From the NCBI GenBank assembly GCA_010093745.1, contig MU005967.1:310001-371649 (forward strand): DNA of 61,649 nt, written 5' to 3'. The DNA comes from Piedraia hortae CBS 480.64. Taxonomy: Eukaryota. A program made the position numbers and the translations under genes. Positions 24,424-37,936 of the stretch are shown here, one piece after another (the first letter of the stretch is position 1; each line of letters opens with the position of its first letter). Below the pieces are notes generated by a model. It ran no database searches and had not been told where the DNA came from. It was given only the letters and a program-made list of their open reading frames with translations.

Positions 24424-25821
24424 ATGGCTGAAGAAGCAGCTCGCGACGGAAAACGTCAAAACAAAACGGTCGAGGAGGCGGCGCCCGGTAAGCTTCTTCA
24501 AGTCTGTTGTGCATGTCTATCGGCTGATTTGACTAGATAATAGCCTGTCAAACCCAGACGTGTGAGACTAACAACGAATGGGTGAGGTTTTTGCTGACGC
24601 TAGATAAGGCTTACAAAGTACAAGACTGCCGCCCAGATCGGCCAGAAAGTCTTGGCAGATATTGCCAAGCTCTGCACGAATGACGCCAACATCCTTGAGT
24701 TGTGCCAAAAAGGCGACCAGATGCTCCAAGACGAGGTTGCCAAGGTTTTCAAAGGCAAGAAGGTAACCAAGGGCCTCTCGCACCCGTGCACAGTCTCGCC
24801 AAGCGCCTACGTCACTCCGTACACGCCCTTGGTGTCCGAAACTGCAGAGGCCACGAAAACACTCAAGGCCGGAGAGCCCGTCAAAATACAGCTGGGGGCC
24901 CAGATTGACGGGTTCGGAACCATAGTGTGTGATACAGTGCTGGTTGGAGCCTCCCCTCCCATCGTTGGACGGTCCGCGGACCTCATGTTGGCCACCTATT
25001 ACGCTAATGAATTGCTCCTGCGAATGATGATGCCACCTGGGCTTTTGTCCACAGGGTCAGACGAGGAAAAGCGAAAGGCCCAGTCTCAAAAGCCTTACAG
25101 CCAGTCCAAAATGACGCAGTTGATGAAGAAGCTAGTCAAAAGTTTCGATTGCAACATTGTCGAGAATACCACGTGCTGGCTGTTCGGCCGGAATGAGATC
25201 GAGGACAAGAAGAGGATCATTCTTTCCCCTACCGACGGTGCCAAGGGCGAAGAGCTCCCCGAAGTGGGCGAAGTATGGGGCGTCGAAGTCGGTGTTACTA
25301 CCGGTGACGGCAAAGTCAAGATCTTTCCGGAGCGTGCAACGTTGCATCGCCGAACCACGACTACGTACGGCTTGAAACGGCCCAGCTCCAGAGCCACTCT
25401 ATCAGAGATTCAAAAGAAATTTGGCACTTTTCCTTTCAGCTTGAGGCAGTTGGATGATGAACGTGCCGGCAAGGTCGGAATCGTCGAATGCGTACGTGGT
25501 GGTGTAGTACGTCAGTACGAAGTTGCTGGCTCGGCCGATGGAGAACCCGTGGGCAGACTTTTCACGACAGTGGGAATTACCAAGAATGGCATTCAAAGAC
25601 TGGCAGCTCCTCCTGCCTTTAACCTCAGCGATTACCAGTCTGATAAAAAAATTACAGACGAAGAGATTCTTAGCATTCTCGAGCAGCCCTTGGCAAACCC
25701 AACCAAGACCAAACCCAAGAACAAGAAGAAGAAGAAGAAGTCGGCGAAGAAGCAGGATACTAAGGCGGAAGATGAAGACGACGAGGATGAGTCAGAGTCA
25801 GATGATGAAGAGGATGAGTAA
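24424..25821 (+). CDS. PA2G4/Ebp1/Cdb4-like M24-fold protein; introns 24488-24536 and 24562-24608
   Basis: Spliced N-terminus ..DNSLSNPDVLTKYKTAAQI; KIQLGAQIDGF; YGLKRPSSR..FGTFPFSLRQL; Lys-rich and acidic tail. Confidence 0.88.
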
Positions 25822-26148
25822 CGCACTATGAGTCACAAGCCTCGAGCGGGAGCGCCTGCAGTAAACGTTAACGGGAGCATCCGTAGCCAATGTAGAAGGT
25901 GCGAGAGAGAAATATTCATAGAGAGTGTGTTGTAAAGGCCACGTGAGAGTGGGGGGGAATCTTGTTACATTTGAGTGACATGGGTATGTTTTGGCTTATC
26001 CAAATTCTCACCATTACTTTACACACACATTACACGCCGAAGACGCGCAGCTACTAACAACAACCTCCTTAGGGGTAAACGACGGCTGCGCACCGCACAC
26101 ACTGTCTCTACACTGGATCGCGCGTTGGCGAAGCGGCTGCAGGCCAGC

Positions 26149-29100
26149 ATGCCGGGCCGCGCCGACTCCTTTAGCGCCGCTCGGGACTTGTCTCGCCCAC
26201 CCCAAGCATCGTTTGACCGCTATCCCAAGAGCGGCTCTAAGGATCAGATGAAGAAGACACTTGTGGATCACTGGGCTGACTCACCGGCCCCTGTGAAATC
26301 GGCCGGCCGCGCCACTGGCCCACATCACAACCCTCCAGAGTTGAGGAGGTCTACGGGCACAGCGGTGCCTGGCAAGTCACAGCATCGCATGGCATCTGAA
26401 TTTTCCCAATGGGGCGATGAAAAGCGCGTTTCAAAGGCCAGCGTCGACGACACGCCAGATTTGGCAACGCCTCTGTCATCTCATTCCCGTGGGGGGAGCG
26501 CGGTGGCTGAGGATGAGGACGATGACGCCGAATACCAGCCGGTCGCTCGCAAGAAGCAGCAAAGCTGTCCCCATCTGCAAGGCACACGTCGTGTTGCCCC
26601 TATGGCAAGCGGTGGCACCGGCGGAAGCGCCCACCAGACATCCTCCACTGTTGCGGGGAATAATCGAGAGTATGGGTCCGGAAAACTCCGGACAGTGGTA
26701 GATGCTGCAGTAAGCCGCGCGCGCGAGAAAGGAAAGCCCGAACTCGCGTCTGCAGTGCGTGAAATCTGGCAGGAAAGCCTGTCGAATGGACGTCTGGGGG
26801 ATCTACTTGAGGCGGTTCTGCTGCAAAGGGCATCGTCGAGCCAAGCCAAAGAATTTCAGACGTACGTGAAGAAGGCAAAGAAGCGGCTAAAATCCAACAA
26901 GAAGGAGCGGAAGCTTCGGCCCACGTTCTCACCCAAATCATCGTCCCACGTCTCACCATCGACGGAGAACAGCATACCCAACAAGGTGCCCTCGCTTCCG
27001 TCGCGAAAGCAGCCTGATGTGGCCGGCGGTACGAGGCCCAGTTGGAAGTCAACGTCCAACGACTCTGCGGCTGTCAATGGTACTGCGCGGGCCAATGTTC
27101 GGCAGCCATCGCCCAAACGGGGTGAAAATTCGGATTCGTCTTTGACCGACCTTACCGAAGATGATGAAGACGACCGCAAGGTGGCCGAGAAGAGAGTGCC
27201 CGTTAAAAAGCGTCTTCCCCGCAGGAGTGTCCCCCAGAGCGGCAAAGACACCAGCCGTCCCAACAGTGTCGCACCACGCGATCGCAGAGGGAAGAAAACA
27301 ACTGCCAATGACCCTGCTGTCAAAGCGCGTGAGGCAGCGATTGCCGAAAAGAAACAGGAGCTTCGCGCGCACGTGAAGCATATCGATCCTGTGCGTGTTA
27401 GCAATCTGCGTGGGGCGCCGGAAGAGCAAACGATGCACGATTCTGCGCAAACTGCTCTTTCTCTACCCGTCGTGGGCGGCCGCCAGGACAGCAAATTTGC
27501 TTCCTCGTCACGCACCCGTTCCTCCGCCATGCCCGCTCCTGCTACCGAGAAGTCTACCGCTGCTAAGCGTAGTCACGATATGTTTGCAGAAGATCTCGAC
27601 TCCCCTCTGTCGGAGCTCGACGAGTCGCGACTGGACACGCCCGGCGATGTTCCGAGAGCTAACAAGAGAGCCAAGACAAAAATCTCGTAAGTCTAAAGTC
27701 GTCCCCCATTAGCTGCAGCTACTGACCGATTCAGTCCCCAGAAAAAGCAGGATTCAGAAGACTTCCTCGACGCCGATGCTGCGAGAAAAGAAGCCACCAT
27801 AGACAAGGAGGTAAGTTTGGCCACTGCGAGTACCTGTTTTGCAAGTATTCGGTGAATCTGGGCGCTGATAATCAACCCACCTGAGAATGACCGAGCCCTG
27901 CTAACGAGTGAAAAAGCCGTCAGAAAACAATGACTGGTGCTCCGCATGTGGTACCACGGGCCTTTTGCTCTGCTGTGACGGGTGCGACCGTGCCTTCCAC
28001 CTTACCTGCCTAGATCCGCCAATAAGCGAAAATTCTAGCCAGCTCAACGAGCCGTGGTACTGTTTTACCTGCCTTTCCACAAAGGTCATGCCCAACGAGC
28101 CAGAGATGCCGGCGTATGGACTGTTTGCGCCGCTCCTGAACAATCTTCGCTCATCAAATACCAAGGACTATCTGCTGCCAGACCATGTGCGGGAGTATTT
28201 CGACACTGTGCGTACGGGCGAGCACGGTAACTTTATGCAGGGCCTCCCGTCCAAAGTCAAAGGCCGGCCCGCTTACGATGAGCATGCTGATCATATCAAG
28301 CTCAAGGATGCCAAGGGAAAGATACTCTATTGCTATGGCTGTGGCAAGTCCGGTCTAGATCGTCGTCCAATGATCCAGTGCGACTATTGTTCCGAATACT
28401 GGCATCTGGACTGCCTCGATCCACCAGCGGCTAACCCGCCGCCACCTTTGGTCTTGGAGCATAATAAAAAGCTACGAGACTGGACGTGTCCATTGCACGC
28501 GGACCGTGATCTTCGCAACGTCAGTGTCTCTGCCCTCTTGCCAACACGAACTGTGCACGTTAGACGCCCGAAAGCTGCGACGATCGTCAAGCCTACCTAT
28601 CCTCGCGGCTTCCGTAACAACGGCCTTATTGAAGTCTACGACGATGACGACGACGAGGATGTTGAGGAGTTCGAGTACTTTTCTCCCAACGGCGTCATCT
28701 ATAAGCTCCCAGCTTCGGCTCTCAAGGCCGACTTTCTGGAACGGGCGAATCGAAAGTGAGTTTGATCGTGTTTGTAAATTTTGTACGCTAACCAACATTT
28801 TCCAGGTCTCTGAAGGCGAGGCGCCATGAGATCGCAGCTAAACATCTGCCCGGCGCTCTTGAATATGCAAATTTTGCTCGCAGGTCTTTTGCTGAGCAGC
28901 AGGTTGCGCTGAACTTGACGCAACTTGCGGCCGATGACAACAACCTCAACTTGGGCAAAAGCGATGTTGAGGATCTGACCGCGACGCTGATTGTATGTTT
29001 CTAACACTAGACGCTCGGGTGTGCTAACAATTGGTCAAAATAGGCAGAAGCTCCTCGCGAGGTCTTGGAAAGCTACATGAATGCTGCGTCGGCCACAAAG

Positions 29101-29202
29101 TCGCAAAAGCTAGAAAACTCAGAAGCCAATGTCCTTTCGGATGAACAGCGAAAGCAGTTGCAGATGTTGAAGGACATAATCGACCGACGCCTGCACAAGT
29201 AA
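26149..29202 (+). CDS. Double-PHD-finger chromatin protein (Rco1/Cph-like, Rpd3S-type); introns 27687-27734, 27811-27916, 28756-28805, 28993-29043
   Basis: CSACGTTGLLLCCDGCDRAFHLTCLDPP and CYGC..IQCDYCSEYWHLDCLDPP..WTCPLH. Splicing at canonical sites keeps the frame to TAA at 29200. Confidence 0.85.
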
Positions 29203-30191
29203 CCGAGATGAATCACGCCCGAGCCCTGACTGTGGTGGGTACTAGTGTAACGTTAAGAAAGCAAAACACTGTTGAGGCAAAGGATCGCGCAGCCCAGTCT
29301 AAAGGCATACCGCGGTAACAAGAAGGCATTGCGAGGGTAGAGTGCGATTGGCCCTAAGTACTCTTCTTTACGTGTCCTTTGATAACTTTTAGGCGTTTCT
29401 GTTCTGGAGTACTTGTTCTATAGAGCTCATTAGATGGTTTTGTGAATGGGACCAGTCCCACAAGCATATATGCGTTAGCCTGGCAGCAACCGTTGAACAC
29501 ATTCACGATTGCCAAATAGCTTTGAATAGCCTCTCCATGTGGGAGCATTACCCTTGGAGTTCCACATGATCGATTGACTACCAAATGCTGCACTTTGCGC
29601 TACCGATTTCTTGCGTTTCCCATATCTTTTGGCTCGTTTTGGCAAAGCCTAACCTTGTCTCTTGGAGAATCATCATTCTAGTAATCATTTGGATTGTTCG
29701 ATGGAACTGGCGAGAAAGAGGATGGTATCCACTCTGTCATACCCTACACTGTGTATAGAACACTTTTAGGTCCACCCGAGGAACTGCAACGTGGAGGTAT
29801 GAATATGTACAGTGTCAAGTCTATCTGCTTTTTCTCATTCAACAATGCTACCGGATCCTTGTCCGCAGAACAGTCTGCATACTATTTTCTGGTGAATTGT
29901 TCCGAAGGTGGATCTCGTAATTCAGAGCTTGTCGATCCTGCGATTCCATTCGGGGCTAGGGAGGTTTGGTTAGGAAGTTTTTGAGTCGTTGTGTTGGAAG
30001 GGTGCTTCCTCGAGAGGGCGTCGCCAACTGACGGGACTTCTTGTGTTCGATGGCAAGATAGAAACGGAAGGAAAAATGTTTTAGCACGAGCAAAGTGGAT
30101 GGAACCGCGAGAAGGTAAGGAGACTGGGGTATGTACGCTTTTTGACACATTCAGCTGCGATATGCGGATTGCAGACGCGGTTTTTTTTTTT

Positions 30192-31820
30192 TTAGACGTA
30201 GCCCGACAAAGGAAGTTCACTTGCTCGTTTGATTGCCCTATATCTCTCCCACCAACTCCGGAACTTTGCTTTGTTGATCTTGAGCTTGACAATAAGGGTA
30301 TCGCCGTCATTAGCAACGCTGTCCTCACGGTACACGCTTCTCCGTGATGGCCGCGGGTCCAATAATTGTGAATCTGGTGTAGCTGATCGGCCATAGCCGG
30401 CCCTCATGGCCAATTGAGCTGCAGACGCTGCAGGGCGTCTGCCACGTGTGCGTAAGGTATTCATGGACATCGGAGGCGGAGACTCTGCCGTCGACTCCTC
30501 GCTTTCCATTTCATCCGAATCCATATCCATGTCACGGCCCGTTCGCCGGCCACCACGGCTCGGTCGGGTCTTGAGCATACCTGTCGCCTCAAACGTCTCA
30601 ACGGCCCCAGGAATGACGGAATGAATTATTAGAGATCTCACAGTACGCGGCCGATCTCGTAAGTCTGGCAAAGCGGGACCACCGCGTCTGTTGTGCTGAC
30701 GCTTTTGTGCACGATGCTCTCTCATCATCGACGTTTCGGTCCGCTCATACTCGTCGTCGCTCATTTCATACATGAATGGCGTCCAGTCCTTTTGCATCTG
30801 CTGCGGTCTGCAGGCGTTGAGGATGGGGCCCGGCATGAAAGCATCTCGTAAGTCCGGATCCTCGATAGGCCGGCCGTCAAAGGGGTGGTTGGTGAGGTAC
30901 AGGCTACGGGTATACAGCTGGCTCTGTTCGCGGATCGAGTGCGCAATGGCCGTCGTAAATTCGCCAGAAAGAGCGTTTTCAACCGCCATTTGCCGAGCAA
31001 ATTCTTCTGGGGAGTTGAGCGGGTTGTTGATGTCCCACTCGAATTGGTCTACAAGAGTCACGCGGCCGATTGTGATGTTCAATTTAATGGGAATTCGCAT
31101 GTCATCATCCTTGTACTCAGTGTAAGGCCGTCCAGCCTCGAGTGGCGCGTCGTCGACCAATACGTGCGGATAAAAGTTCCGGATCTGCTCCTTCATGTCC
31201 ACTAGGGCCTGCCGCACCACTTCAGGCGCGGCCTCGGGCGGGACGCAGAGATCCTCCATCAGATGGTGAACGAAAAGATCGGGCGACACGATGCGCTCGT
31301 GCAGGTTCCAGGTAAAGGTATCACGGAGCCGCAGCTTATCCAGCTCAATGTCCAGCCGCACGGGGACCAGTTCCTCGTGCAGCTCCGCCTGCCGCGCAAC
31401 GTCCTTGCGGGAGAGACTGATGGTCTTAAATCGACGGCCCCTGGGCGGAGGCCGCATCTGGTTGTACAGCACGAAGCTCTTGGCGTCCGTAACGCCGTTG
31501 CCATAGCCCGAAAATCCCGGCCCAAACACGGCGGCCGGGTTGGCCTGCCGCGCATGGCGGACGTCGCGTAGGAGATAGTCCCTCTGGGCCGCCTTGGCCC
31601 GTACCAAATCTTTTGCGCGCTTTGTCTGATCGTTTAGGGCCGCGACGGAGCGCGAGTCGCGCTGCATGTAGCGGTCCAGCAACACATCGGAATGGGGCAG
31701 TCGCGTACCGTCTCGTGACCGCTTTCGACCAGGCTGGAGTTGCGCGCCGTCTGTCTTGTCCGCCTTGTCCGCCTTGTCCGCGCCGCTGTTACCGCTCCGC
31801 TCACCGGCGTCGGAGGACAT
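30192..31820 (-). CDS. SNF5: SWI/SNF subunit Snf5 (3' end uncertain)
   Basis: ELVPVRLDIE..LRDTFTWN and IKLNITIG..LVDQFEWDINN..PEEFA..LSGEFTTAIAHSIREQ. Confidence 0.92.
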   Translation of the reverse strand: MSSDAGERSGNSGADKADKADKTDGAQLQPGRKRSRDGTRLPHSDVLLDRYMQRDSRSVAALNDQTKRAKDLVRAKAAQRDYLLRDVRHARQANPAAVFGPGFSGYGNGVTDAKSFVLYNQMRPPPRGRRFKTISLSRKDVARQAELHEELVPVRLDIELDKLRLRDTFTWNLHERIVSPDLFVHHLMEDLCVPPEAAPEVVRQALVDMKEQIRNFYPHVLVDDAPLEAGRPYTEYKDDDMRIPIKLNITIGRVTLVDQFEWDINNPLNSPEEFARQMAVENALSGEFTTAIAHSIREQSQLYTRSLYLTNHPFDGRPIEDPDLRDAFMPGPILNACRPQQMQKDWTPFMYEMSDDEYERTETSMMREHRAQKRQHNRRGGPALPDLRDRPRTVRSLIIHSVIPGAVETFEATGMLKTRPSRGGRRTGRDMDMDSDEMESEESTAESPPPMSMNTLRTRGRRPAASAAQLAMRAGYGRSATPDSQLLDPRPSRRSVYREDSVANDGDTLIVKLKINKAKFRSWWERYRAIKRASELPLSGYV

Positions 31821-32256
31821 GGTTGAGGTGGCGCGCCCAGTCGCGCACGCGTTTGGAGTCGCGGGGAAGCCGACAGACTTACGTAGGAACGTGTAGGGAG
31901 GCGCCGCGGTGTTGGAGTTGTTTGGATGGAGCGTCCAAGCGCCGAAGCTTTAAACGTCAATAATTCTGCCACAGTCCGCCCGTACAGGCCAGACGGGCAA
32001 ATAGTTGCAGCTACAGAGGCATAATACACGTAGTACGTAGTACTAAGCCGGTGGAGCTCCAGCGTTCTTATAATTAGATAAGGCACATGCAGTAGACCAA
32101 CGCAGGCACCGCTGCTGTGCACCTTTACTCCTCGAAAGTACATAGCAGAACTAGTCCATCAGACACAAAATCAGCCGAGTTTCGCTGACACCCAACACTC
32201 AACATCATCGACCTGATCGGGCCGGGTTAGGAAAGATGGTTACATGACTACCGTCG

Positions 32257-33441
32257 TTAAAGCATCGTGTCTAGGCGAGTGAAGACGTGGAGACTGGCGG
32301 CGATGACCTGCGGGTTAAACACGGGTTAGCAATGAAAAAGCGTGTGCAGATACCACAAACCTCGAGCTGCAGTTCGCGGTCTTTGGCCTGGTTAACCTCG
32401 TCGCGAATCAGCCGATCCAGGTTGGCAGCAATGGCCGCATTGTTGTTTGCTCTTCGCCCAAAAGGCCACTGAGAGTATTCAACCAACATCTCTTCGACAT
32501 GGACAAATGCCCGTTCGCGAACGTCATGGCTTACCGTAACCAATGCGTTATCGAGTACGTTGGCCGCGCACGCAGCGCAGAGCATCGCCACGGTGCGCAG
32601 ATAACGAAACTCCATCTCTTCAGGGAGGAAGACTGACGACGGCAGGACAACGGTGCGCTGCGTCAGCATTATGTGCACCCGCCGTCGGAGTTCGTCTTTG
32701 GCTCCGCCGTCGGCCACCGGGTGGGTAGCCATGTCGAAGAGGAGAAAGTTGCGCTTCTCCGTTCGTAAGATGCCCTTGTCTACAAGTCCTTTAGCCAACC
32801 GCTCGCGCACTTGCTTCAGCTGGTAGCCAATCTTCATCACATTCCATGTCTCGCCTGCCGCCTAGTCAGCTACAGGCAAGTCCGCGCCAAACGATCCAGT
32901 GCAACCTACCCGACATGAGGTCGATCCATGAACTGACACTCATCTTCTCGCTCGTCTTCATCATCTTGAGCGCCTCGTCCAGTAGCACCTCCCCAGTTAA
33001 CGTGTCGTCAATGACCTCGATCACGCGGTCTGTCAGCGGCAGCCGCCTCCGCGAGCTGTCCTTTTGCATGCTGATACGGCCACGGAAGGCCAGCTCCATA
33101 ACGATGCATCCCCTGAGCGCGTAGCTGATGTTATCGTTCCAGAACGAGAGGTAGCCTTGCTTGTCCTTGAGTCCCATTAGCAGCACCTCCTCCATGAGCG
33201 TCAGCTTCGGCTGCTTGGACCGCTCGACGTGCTCGCTTATGTCGCGAGGGTCATAGGCAATCTTGTGCCCGTTCTCGCCGCTTTCCCACGCTGTGTCTGG
33301 TGTCCGAAAGTCGCCGTTCTTCTTCTGTGGAGCCGGCGACGCTACGCGCCCACCGCCCACGTCGTCGCCGCCGCCGCTCGCAGCGCCGGCAGCGCCCGCG
33401 CCACGGCGACGGGTCAGGCCCGAGCCTGCCGCCGAAGCCAT
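32257..33441 (-). CDS. VPS74: GOLPH3/GPP34 Golgi PI4P effector; introns 32855-32909 and 32308-32360
   Basis: [52 protein letters not shown]; spliced end [16 protein letters not shown]. Confidence 0.95.
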
Positions 33442-33746
33442 GTTAGATTACTGCTTAGGGAGGGACGATCCCCGAATGTGCGTGAAGCGGCCGAAGCGGG
33501 GGGAGTTCCGTTGCAGAAGTGGGGCTCTCCATCACAGTGTGACATTGTCCTAAACGCTGTGTGCGACGCAATGCAATTTTGACTCTCGATTGATGTTCCT
33601 ACACCGATTTGCTTTTGGTTCTTTGAAACGCTTTACATAGAATGGTACAGTGCGAGTAATGTTAAAGGTACAGGCGCTCTCTATGAAGTGGTCATGTACA
33701 GGTGGAAACAGGGTGACCGCTTTCTTGCCGATACATGGCTCAACAA

Positions 33747-34405
<659 letters not shown>

Positions 34406-34562
34406 GATCAAAACAGACGCGATTAGCTGATGGCTGTCGTTGCGGCGAGAGGACCGTGAGCAAAGACCAATGCCAAGCGCGGCTGCTTCCGTGACATGTG
34501 TATGAATCGGCTCTGCTAGCGCGCACTATATCAAAACTGCAGCCCACATATCCAACGCTCGA

Positions 34563-35912
34563 CTATGCCAGCCTTCCCGTCTTTTCATAGGCTCGCCACC
34601 AAAGCCCTAAGTTCGCTGCTACAAGCAAGTCCAGCATGCTAAATCCCGCTGGCTCAATGATCAGTTTCCCGAGCTTAGCTTGCTTGCCCCCGAAACCACC
34701 ACCAGCTTTCTCTTGGCCCAAGCTGACATCCACGCGGCCATGGTCATCAACAACGATTGTAGGCGTTTTGCCACTGTCCTCACGTGAATATTTTCGCGCA
34801 CGCCGTGTAGAATTTGGCGAGGTCGATGAATCTGGATGAGAGGCACTAGGCAGATTGAATCGAAGCTCACTAATTTGGACAGAAACCTGTCCGTAAGAGT
34901 GGCGACACTTGAGAGCATTGCCCGTTGCACTCGTTTTGAACTCGCACGTTCCTTCCCATGGACTTGTGAATGAGTAACCTTTGGGGCGTATATAGGACAG
35001 GGAGGCGTTTCCTGTCGAATCTGAGCGTGTATGCCACCTTGACCGGGATTTTACTCCTAAGATATCAGACTGGAGTCGACGGTGACCGAACTGTTGGTCT
35101 GCGAGCCGAGACCCTGGCATGTACAGTCGCCTTCTGAACACATGCTTTGGCGATGCACTTTCAGCCATGGATGAATCATTGTCGGTAGCTGCACAGTCTT
35201 GATCTACAAATTGCTGGTATGCCGGGTTAACAATATCCAGATACAGTGGAGCACCACTTTTCTTGGTGCGCGACTCGGATCCTAGCCTCATCGAGCTGAC
35301 TTCTTGAACAGGAGGATCATGGATAGTTGCAATGTTCCACTGCCGACCAGTCGCTGGGTCTCGACGAATGAGCGTTACTGTGCTGTCTTCAAGACCCCCT
35401 TGCAACTTGCCATCTGAAGCTCGGGGCTTGTGTGTAGCAGCGCTCGGAAGCCGATCATCTGGAATCGGCGGCAAAGGCCGCCTCGGTACGCCTGACTTGA
35501 AGTCATTAACCACAGCTATACCCGCATCTGACTGCCAAGAGAAGTCTGTTGATGGATTGGGTCTTTGTGGAGGATCAATGCGCGATGACAGTGGTTTCCT
35601 CTTAGTTTCAGACGGGAGCGTGGTGGTCGAATCTGGTACGTCTTGTTTCGTAGAAGATGATTCGTAGAAAAGGATATCATCTTCGTGGTGGAAATGGACA
35701 TAATAAAAAGAACTCTGTACGTCCTCGGCCGAGACAACCTTCGCCCTGGGCTTCATGGGCGTAAGAAAGACGTCCGGGCTGCCTGGTACCCGAACAATGT
35801 AGAAGACAAGCGGCTGAAGAGGTAAGGTTGTCGTCAGATCTGGAGTTAGTGGTGGATGCTCAGCGATGTCTGTGATTAGAGAAAGCGAGGCTGCTTCTAC
35901 CGTGCTTGCCAT
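34563..35912 (-). CDS. Conserved fungal hypothetical protein
   Basis: ~449-aa intact ORF with ordered blocks YIVRVPGSPDVFLT, TLIRRDP, GYSFTSPWEGTCEF and GQEKAGGGFGGKQAKLGKLII; function not recognised. Confidence 0.75.
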   Translation of the reverse strand: MASTVEAASLSLITDIAEHPPLTPDLTTTLPLQPLVFYIVRVPGSPDVFLTPMKPRAKVVSAEDVQSSFYYVHFHHEDDILFYESSSTKQDVPDSTTTLPSETKRKPLSSRIDPPQRPNPSTDFSWQSDAGIAVVNDFKSGVPRRPLPPIPDDRLPSAATHKPRASDGKLQGGLEDSTVTLIRRDPATGRQWNIATIHDPPVQEVSSMRLGSESRTKKSGAPLYLDIVNPAYQQFVDQDCAATDNDSSMAESASPKHVFRRRLYMPGSRLADQQFGHRRLQSDILGVKSRSRWHTRSDSTGNASLSYIRPKGYSFTSPWEGTCEFKTSATGNALKCRHSYGQVSVQISELRFNLPSASHPDSSTSPNSTRRARKYSREDSGKTPTIVVDDHGRVDVSLGQEKAGGGFGGKQAKLGKLIIEPAGFSMLDLLVAANLGLWWRAYEKTGRLA

Positions 35913-36360
35913 GGCTACTGATTTGCGTCTGTCGGAGCACAAATTGTATACACCCTGTATTGATATGAGCGACTTGGCCGCTCATCAAGCGGCACATTGC
36001 AGCTATGCCATGCCGGCCTAAATATCCGGATGCCGTCACTTGCACGTCAAAGTAAGGCTGAAATGCCCCCCGCCCCCGCAATGTCAGCCCGCACGGGGCT
36101 GTAAATCAGCCTGCTCATGACGAACACAGCAATGCAGAGCAGCCATGCAAGTAGATAGTCTACGTAAACCACACATAGTCCTACACCTGCCACCAGTGCG
36201 TTGCCTCTTGATCAAGAATCTGGATCTTTTACCTTGAGCCACCACTCGGTGCGAATACATTGCGCTAGCGAGACGGGCCGATCCGACGGGAAGCCCCACT
36301 CGCACAAATGCGAGATTTTGACAACCGGATTTCTCCCTCAACGATTTTTCAGTTGCGATC

Positions 36361-37837
36361 ATGTCAGCAAGAAGCCACTCACCCGACGACACTTCTGGCA
36401 TTGAGGTACTGCCACGAGATCTGTCTGCGAACCGTCTAACGTTTATAGGCTCGCATCAGCGATCATGCTCGATCGTTCGAAGCGCTGATGGCCTTGACGC
36501 CTGCCCGCGACTATTATGGGAGTCAAATTGCCGATGGCAAAGACCCCAGTGAACAGTGGAATCGCAGAAAACAGTCCAAAGAGGAGAAGAAAGCGGCGAA
36601 AAAAGCCAAGTTGGACCCTGTGAACCAGAAGAGTGCCTTGGACGTAATGAAGGAACGTGAAAGGAAGCGGAAGAGAGAACTCGGCATGGATGACGAGTCC
36701 ATAGCTGCCCAGCCAGAAAGTAAGAGTGCCAAGGTCGCTTTGGACGCTGACGCCACTGCAAACCGGTGTAAGACCGTGGCCGAGAAGCGCAAGCAAAAGC
36801 GGATCGAAAAGAAGGAGAAGGGCGCCAAGAAGCGCGAGAAACAAGCGAAGCGCGAAGCTCAAAAGGTCTCTGCGGAAGATGAGCCGGAGAGCCCGGAGGT
36901 GGAGACTGGACCTGAACTTGAAGGCATCAACGTATCCGGGCTGGTTGTCGGGGAAGATTCAACCGCACCCCCTAGCCCTTCCTTGAGCCCTGCCTTTGAT
37001 GTGGCAACGAATGCATCGAGTGCATCTTCCAATACCACGGTTGCGCCGGCAGATGCGGAGCCGCAGGTTGTCAAGCCCACTGTTCAGCACGAGGGTGTCC
37101 TGTCGCCAAAACTCCAACTCCCAGACATGGATCCCGACGAGCTTAAAGAGCGCCTTCGGATCAAGATTGAAGAGCTGCGTGCTAAGCGGAAAGCGGACGG
37201 CCCTGATGGCAAACCTGCACGGTCTAGGCAGGAGCTACTCGAACAACGGCGCAAGAAGGAACAACAACGAAAAGCCGCCAAAAAGGAGCAGATTCATTTG
37301 GCAAAGGAAAAGGAGCAGCAGCTGAAAGAGCAACAGTTGCGCAACAGCCCGTCTAGCATCGATGTGTTTAAATCAAAGCCAAAGGCAAACAACTTTGCCT
37401 TTTCGCGCTTGGCATTCGCAGACGGCACTATGGCCGATGCTAATTTGACCACTCTGCAAGAGCAGAAGAAGAAAAAAGGGCCTCAAGATCCCCGCACGGC
37501 CCTCGAAGCGGCCCAGAAGAAGACACAGCGTCTGGCCGGCTATGACGAGGCGAAACGCGCTGACATTGCCGAAAAGGACTCGTGGCTGAATGCCAAGAAG
37601 CGTGCTCATGGCGAGCGTGTGCGCGACGACACAAGTCTATTGAAGAAGGCGCTCAAACGCAAGGAGAAGCAGAAGATGAAATCTGAACGTCAGTGGCAGG
37701 AACGTGAACAGGCCGTCATCAAGAGCAAAGAAGCGAAGCAAAAGAAGAGGGAAGCGAATTTGCAACAGAGGAAAGATGGGAAGAAAAAAGGCAAAAAGGG
37801 CGGTAGGCCGGGTTTCGAGGGAAGGTTCAAGGCGTAG
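36361..37837 (+). CDS. RRP14: Ribosome biogenesis protein, SURF6 family; intron 36406-36448
   Basis: Spliced N-terminus ..E|ARISDHARSFEALMALTPARDYY; Lys-rich; GERVRDDTSLLKKALKRKEK; RPGFEG. Confidence 0.9.
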
Positions 37838-37936
37838 ATTGGGTGATTTGCTTCAATGGGATACCTATGATGTGTGCGAAGTCTGAGAAAGCGTTGTCTT
37901 TATTGGCATTCATCCAGCATGTTAGTCACAAGATTA

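Noticed and set aside
27811..27916. 106-nt intron, about twice the modal size, considered as a twintron/stwintron
   Set aside because: No internal AG is followed by sequence that rebuilds a donor, so nested splicing is unsupported.
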